Shown: piece after piece, positions 18,266-22,323 of the stretch
How positions within the stretch are numbered: the first letter of the stretch is position 1
How the letters are laid out: each line of letters opens with the position of its first letter
Assembly: GCA_051439505.1 (NCBI GenBank)
Contig: JBFRWI010000031.1
Location: forward strand, 1 to 22,323
From: Hormoscilla sp.
GTDB taxonomy: Bacteria; Cyanobacteriota; Cyanobacteriia; Cyanobacteriales; Desertifilaceae
Length of the DNA stretch: 22,323 nucleotides
Direction of reading: 5' to 3'
Program-made: the position numbers and the translations under genes
The notes under the pieces: generated by a model
The model's database searches: none
Seen by the model: only the letters and a program-made list of their open reading frames with translations
Told to the model about the DNA's origin: nothing

Positions 18266-18396
18266 ATGAAACTTTCTGTTTCATATTCTCGGTCTCGGGC
18301 CGCTCCCGGACAACATCGGTAAGATATAGGCTATGAACGGTATAACCCTAATATTAGCGATCGGTTTAAACTCACATCTTGCACCATTGTAAATTG

Positions 18397-18599
18397 GTCT
18401 CCTGGCCCGCCCGGGGTTCAAACCCCGGGCTAATAGCTAAAGTCGGTTGAAACCGACTGAAAACCTTATAGAGAAAGCGTTTTACCCTCGTCGGCAGGCT
18501 TCACGAGAGGAAATCCTTATCTAGACAATGTTGAGAGTGGGTTTTAACCCACTTAAGCTGTTAGCCGTGGGTTTTAACCCACGGCGGGCCATGAGACTA
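18397..18599. mobile_element. REPIN/MITE-like element: two inverted copies of the double-hairpin repeat around a ~70-bp spacer
   Basis: Left arm 18397-18465 on +. Right arm 18536-18599 on - (reverse complement TAGTCTCATGGCCCGCCGTGGGTTAAAACCCACGGCTAACAGCTTAAGTGGGTTAAAACCCACT). Confidence 0.8.
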
Positions 18600-18685
18600 T
18601 TCGAGATGGGGCCTGATGGGAATTTACTTTCGCTATGCTACATTAGGGTGACGCCCGAACCGACGAGATAGAGAAAGAAAGCTGC

Positions 18686-20376
18686 ATGGTTAAGCAAGAG
18701 ATACCTGGAACGAAATTAGAGGAAGTGCAACCGGCCAAAATTCAACTGCCGCGCACTAGCGAGTCGGAGTCGTTGAAAAAAATCCGTCACACGACTTCCC
18801 ACGTCATGGCCATGGCGGTGCAAAAGCTGTTTCCCAAGGCCCAGGTTACCATCGGTCCCTGGATCGAGAATGGTTTTTACTATGACTTCGATCATCCAGA
18901 ACCCTTCACGGAAAAGGATTTGAAGGCGATCAAGAAGGAGATGATCAAGATTGTCAATCGGAAATTGCCAGTGATTCGGGAAGAGGTCAGCCGGGAAGAA
19001 GCCCAGCGTCGGATCTCCGAAATTAATGAGCCTTATAAGCTAGAAATCTTAGCAGGATTGGAAGATCCGATCTCCATCTACCACCTGGGAGACCAGTGGT
19101 GGGATTTATGTGCTGGTCCTCATCTGGAAAATACCAGTGAGATCGACCCCAAAGCGATTGATTTGGAAAGCGTGGCCGGTGCTTACTGGCGAGGGGATGC
19201 CACGAAGGCCCAGCTGCAACGGATTTACGGCACGGCCTGGGAGGCACCGGAACAGCTTAACGGAGTACAAGCGCCGCAAGGAAGAAGCCATCAAGCGGGA
19301 TCACCGCAAGCTGGGTAACCCATATCGGTAGAGTCGATTTGTTCAAGACTTCCGGACATTGGCAGAAATATAAAGAAGATTTGTTTCCGATGATGGGAGA
19401 GTCGGAAGATGAGGGCTTTGTCCTCAAAGCGATGAATTGTCCTTTCCACATCCAAATCTATCAGAACGAGTTGCGATCGTACCGGGAGTTACCCATGCGT
19501 CTGGCGGAGTTCGGCACTGTCTACCGCTACGAACAATCAGGAGAATTGGGGGGTTTAACGCGGGTGCGAGGCTTTACCCAGGATGATTCTCACCTGTTCG
19601 TGACGCCAGAACAACTGGATGAGGAATTCTTGAATGTGGTAGATTTAACCTTGTCGGTGTTCAAAACTTTGCGCTTGAGCAATTTTAGAGCCCGACTGAG
19701 TTTCCGCGATCCGAATTTGGATAAATATATCGGTTCCGATGAGGCTTGGGAAAAAGCCCAAAATGCCATTCGTCGGGCGGTGGAAACCTTGGGGATGGAA
19801 CATTTTGAAGGCATTGGGGAAGCGGCGTTTTACGGTCCCAAGTTGGATTTTATCTTCCGGGATGCCCTGGAACGTGAGTGGCAGTTGGGTACGGTGCAGG
19901 TGGATTATAATTTGCCCGATCGCTTTGATTTGCAGTACGTGGCGGAGGACGGTTCTCGCCAACGGCCAGTGATGATTCACCGAGCTCCTTTTGGCTCTCT
20001 GGAACGCTTAATTGGCATTTTAATTGAGGAGTATGCGGGAGATTTTCCCCTGTGGTTAGCACCGGTACAAGTGCGATTTTTGCCCGTGAGTGACGCGCAG
20101 TTGGACTTCGCTAAAGAGGTGGCAGATAAGATGCGTTACTTTGCCATGCGCGTGGAGGTGGATACCACTGGCGATCGCCTGCCGAAGATGATTCGCAATG
20201 CGGAGAAACAGAAAATTCCCGTAATGGCGATCGTGGGTGCGAAGGAACTGGAAGATAATACTCTGAGTGTGAGAACTCGCGCTGCGGGGGTTCCTTCTCA
20301 AGATTTGGGCGCTATCCCCGTGGCCGAGGTTCTCGATAGGTTGAAAGAGGCGATCGCTAACCACGATAACTTCTAA
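18686..20376 (+). pseudogene. thrS: Threonine--tRNA ligase, interrupted in this sequence by a +1 frameshift (~19259) and an internal deletion with a second frame change (~19317)
   Basis: Frame A: IRHTTSH...DLCAGPH...QRIYGTAW. Frame B (19260-19316): TEYKRRKEEAIKRDHRKLG. Frame C (from 19321): HIGRVDLFKTSGHW...MNCPFH...RVRGFTQDDSH...FYGPKLD...HRAPFGSLER, then the anticodon domain. Real pseudogene versus assembly error cannot be resolved from sequence alone. Confidence 0.85.
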
Positions 20377-20405
20377 GATGCATCCCGGAGGCGAAGCATT
20401 TTGCC

Positions 20406-20473
20406 CTCGTTACCAGGCTCCGGCCTGGTAATGATATTCTAGAGGCTCTGCCTCTAATTGCAATTGGTGTAAG
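20406..20473 (+). repeat. Triple-palindrome REP-like element, left copy
   Basis: CGTTACCAGGC-TCCG-GCCTGGTAATG, TAGAGG-CTCTG-CCTCTA and AATTGCAATT. 53/68 identical, ungapped, to 21301-21368. Confidence 0.85.
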
Positions 20474-20568
20474 GGTGGCAGCCACCACGATAAAATAGGA
20501 TAAGATAGAACTAGCAACTGAACAGATCCACAGCGTGTTACAATCAACCTAGTTAATGGGAGGTCACG

Positions 20569-20841
20569 ATGGAACCGCAACAGCAGCACAATAGTTTACT
20601 TGAGGAAGTTAAATCCAGTTTGGGCCAGCTTTCTGATGAGCGATCGCGCCTAGCAAGAGAATTCATAGCGTACCTAGAACAGCAAGACAGAGACGATCGG
20701 GACCGTCGCCGGCAGCAGTTTTTAGCCACAGACGCGGCGATCGCCCGCCTCCGGGAACAAATCAGAGCCCGTACAGGGATACATCCCAATTCTGTACCAC
20801 TAATTCGCCAACTCCGGGAAGGAGACGAATATCGTGGTTGA
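20569..20841 (+). CDS. Putative type II antitoxin partner of the downstream PIN toxin
   Basis: Small, charged, helical ORF with GGAGG RBS. C-terminal SVPLIRQLREG is typical of VapB-like proteins. Overlaps the toxin start by 8 bp. Confidence 0.7.
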   Translation: MEPQQQHNSLLEEVKSSLGQLSDERSRLAREFIAYLEQQDRDDRDRRRQQFLATDAAIARLREQIRARTGIHPNSVPLIRQLREGDEYRG

Positions 20842-21295
20842 GCAAGTTCTTTGTCTGGACACCAGCGTCATTATTAAATACCTAACGCTAGAAGAGCCTG
20901 TAGAGGAAGCAGAACAAGCTATCGAACTTATTCACACAGCCCAATCAGACACCGTACAGCTGGTGGCTCCAGTCTTTGCTTGGGCAGAAGTTGGTTCAGT
21001 GCTGCGCAAGAAGGTAAGAACTAACAAGTTGACAGTTTCCGAAGCTGACAGCTTGTGGCAGTTTTTTGCCACCTTACCTATTGACTATATAGATAGTCAG
21101 CAGCTTCGTAATCGAGCATGGGAAATTGCCCAGACCTATCAGTTGCCAACTCTTTACGATGCCGCCTTCCTCGCTTCTCTAGAGGTAGCAATAGCCCCAG
21201 AGAGCGCTACGCGAGAATTTTGGACAGCAGATCGAGTGCTTTTGAATTCCTTGGGGAGTGCAAGACCAGCTTACGTTAAAGAACTTGGCAACTGA
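20834..21295 (+). CDS. vapC: PIN-domain toxin, VapC family
   Basis: LCLDTSVIIKY, AEVGSVLRKK, TLYDAAFLA and FWTADR supply the conserved acidic PIN residues. GTG start. Confidence 0.88.
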   Translation: MVEQVLCLDTSVIIKYLTLEEPVEEAEQAIELIHTAQSDTVQLVAPVFAWAEVGSVLRKKVRTNKLTVSEADSLWQFFATLPIDYIDSQQLRNRAWEIAQTYQLPTLYDAAFLASLEVAIAPESATREFWTADRVLLNSLGSARPAYVKELGN

Positions 21296-21300
21296 ATTTA

Positions 21301-21368
21301 CTCATGACTAGGCGATCGCCTGGTCATGAAATTCTAGAGGATATACCTCTAGTTGCAACTGGTGTCAG
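21301..21368 (+). repeat. Triple-palindrome REP-like element, right copy
   Basis: CATGACTAGGC-GATC-GCCTGGTCATG, TAGAGG-ATATA-CCTCTA and AGTTGCAACT. Begins 5 bp after the vapC stop. Confidence 0.85.
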
Positions 21369-21478
21369 CTCTGAGTAAAGAGTAAAGAAGGAGATTGAAC
21401 AAATGAGTTTGGTTATTTCCGAATGAGAGCCGACGCTGAGGATATCCATTACCGTCATTCAGTGGAACGAAGATAAAA

Positions 21479-21521
21479 GCGATCGCCCTTCCCTCGAACT
21501 CGTAAAGAAAAGGGCGATCGC
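21479..21521. terminator. HIP1-containing 12-bp inverted repeat between convergent genes; possible terminator for the AAA gene
   Basis: GCGATCGCCCTT / AAGGGCGATCGC, followed on the minus strand by TTTTAT, 16 bp past the AAA stop. Confidence 0.45.
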
Positions 21522-21537
21522 CTGCAATCCTCGTTCT

Positions 21538-22323
21538 TTAAGAATCAGATTCCGTATTAGGCGGCGGAGGTAATTCAACGTTACCTTCGACAGGAGTTAC
21601 CGTTAATTCTGGCGATTTAGCCGCCTTGTTAGCCTCAATTACCTCAGCTATTGCCTGAGCAAAGTGAGACTGAGTAACGCGCTTTTCTGCTTTCCGCTTG
21701 TCTTCTGTAGCAGCAGCAACTACAGCTTGAAAAACAGCATTTTTGATGTCTCTTCCCGATATCTCATCAAATTCTGAGGCCAGCTTGGCAAAATCCACCG
21801 AGTTATCTAAAGGAAGCTTGTTGGGAATCTGAACGTCCCAAATTTTTGCCCGTGCTTCCTCATCGGGTAAATCAAACTGAACCTTCCATCGGATGCGACT
21901 AATAAAAGCCGGATCGTAGTTACGGATTAAGTTCGTAGCAAAAATCACAATCCCCTCATACAAGGAGAGTTGTACGAGCATAACGCTGCGGGTGAGGTTA
22001 ACCGCCGTATCAGTTGATTGGGTGACGTTTTCTAAACGTTTTCCCAGGAACGAATCAGCTTCATCGAAGAAGAGAACTGCCTTCTCGCTAGTTGCAAACT
22101 CAAAAGCTTTGGCGATATTCTTCGGAGTGTCGCCGACATACTTAGATTCTAGCTGTTGGTAGGGAACAGCTAAAATTTTCAGCTTCAGCGCCCGAGCAAG
22201 TGCTTCAGCAGTCAGAGTTTTGCCCGTTCCTGGCGGACCGGAAAAGTTAACAGAAAGAGCTTTGTCCAACTTGTGCTTCTCAGCCATGCCCCACTCGTTG
22301 TAGATTAAATCCTGATACTGAAG
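21538..22323 (-). CDS. AAA+ ATPase (classical AAA clade), 5' end outside the window
   Basis: GPPGTGKT Walker A, SKYVGDTPKNI pore loop, VLFFDEADS Walker B, IFATN sensor 1, DPAFISRI, SGRDIKN. The frame is open to the window edge (LQYQDLIYNEWG). Confidence 0.9.
   Translation of the reverse strand, partial: LQYQDLIYNEWGMAEKHKLDKALSVNFSGPPGTGKTLTAEALARALKLKILAVPYQQLESKYVGDTPKNIAKAFEFATSEKAVLFFDEADSFLGKRLENVTQSTDTAVNLTRSVMLVQLSLYEGIVIFATNLIRNYDPAFISRIRWKVQFDLPDEEARAKIWDVQIPNKLPLDNSVDFAKLASEFDEISGRDIKNAVFQAVVAAATEDKRKAEKRVTQSHFAQAIAEVIEANKAAKSPELTVTPVEGNVELPPPPNTESDS

Noticed and set aside
19255..19325. Programmed frameshift, intron or naturally split thrS
   Set aside because: There is no slippery heptamer or intron-sized insert, and sequence is missing rather than added, so recoding could not restore the enzyme.

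Overview
Cyanobacterial chromosomal DNA: I counted at least 17 copies of the HIP1 octamer GCGATCGC, and the gene content is typical of cyanobacteria. From left to right the window holds a patA-like/cheY/cheW taxis cluster (minus strand), a subtilase with an S53-like DEGRAM motif that appears to lack its prodomain, glycolytic gap1, a GHL10/DUF187 glycoside hydrolase, a membrane protein, a NitT/TauT-type ABC importer, three stand-alone PD-(D/E)xK proteins (two HsdR_N-like, one Uma2), an ABC-F ATPase, an M20 amidohydrolase, a pseudo-receiver plus Roadblock-like protein, DUF2973, a thrS broken by a frameshift and an internal deletion, a VapC-type toxin-antitoxin pair, and a partial AAA+ ATPase at the right edge. 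The intergenic DNA is rich in REP/MITE-like hairpin repeats. Most notable: (i) the TA pair lies between two 68-bp degenerate direct repeats whose differences preserve their palindromes, giving a cassette-like layout; (ii) a double-hairpin repeat family with compensatory changes, including a REPIN-like inverted pair upstream of thrS; (iii) the thrS lesion; (iv) the receiver-Roadblock fusion. No rRNA, tRNA, CRISPR array or transposase gene was found. All family calls come from motif recognition by eye, not database searches.
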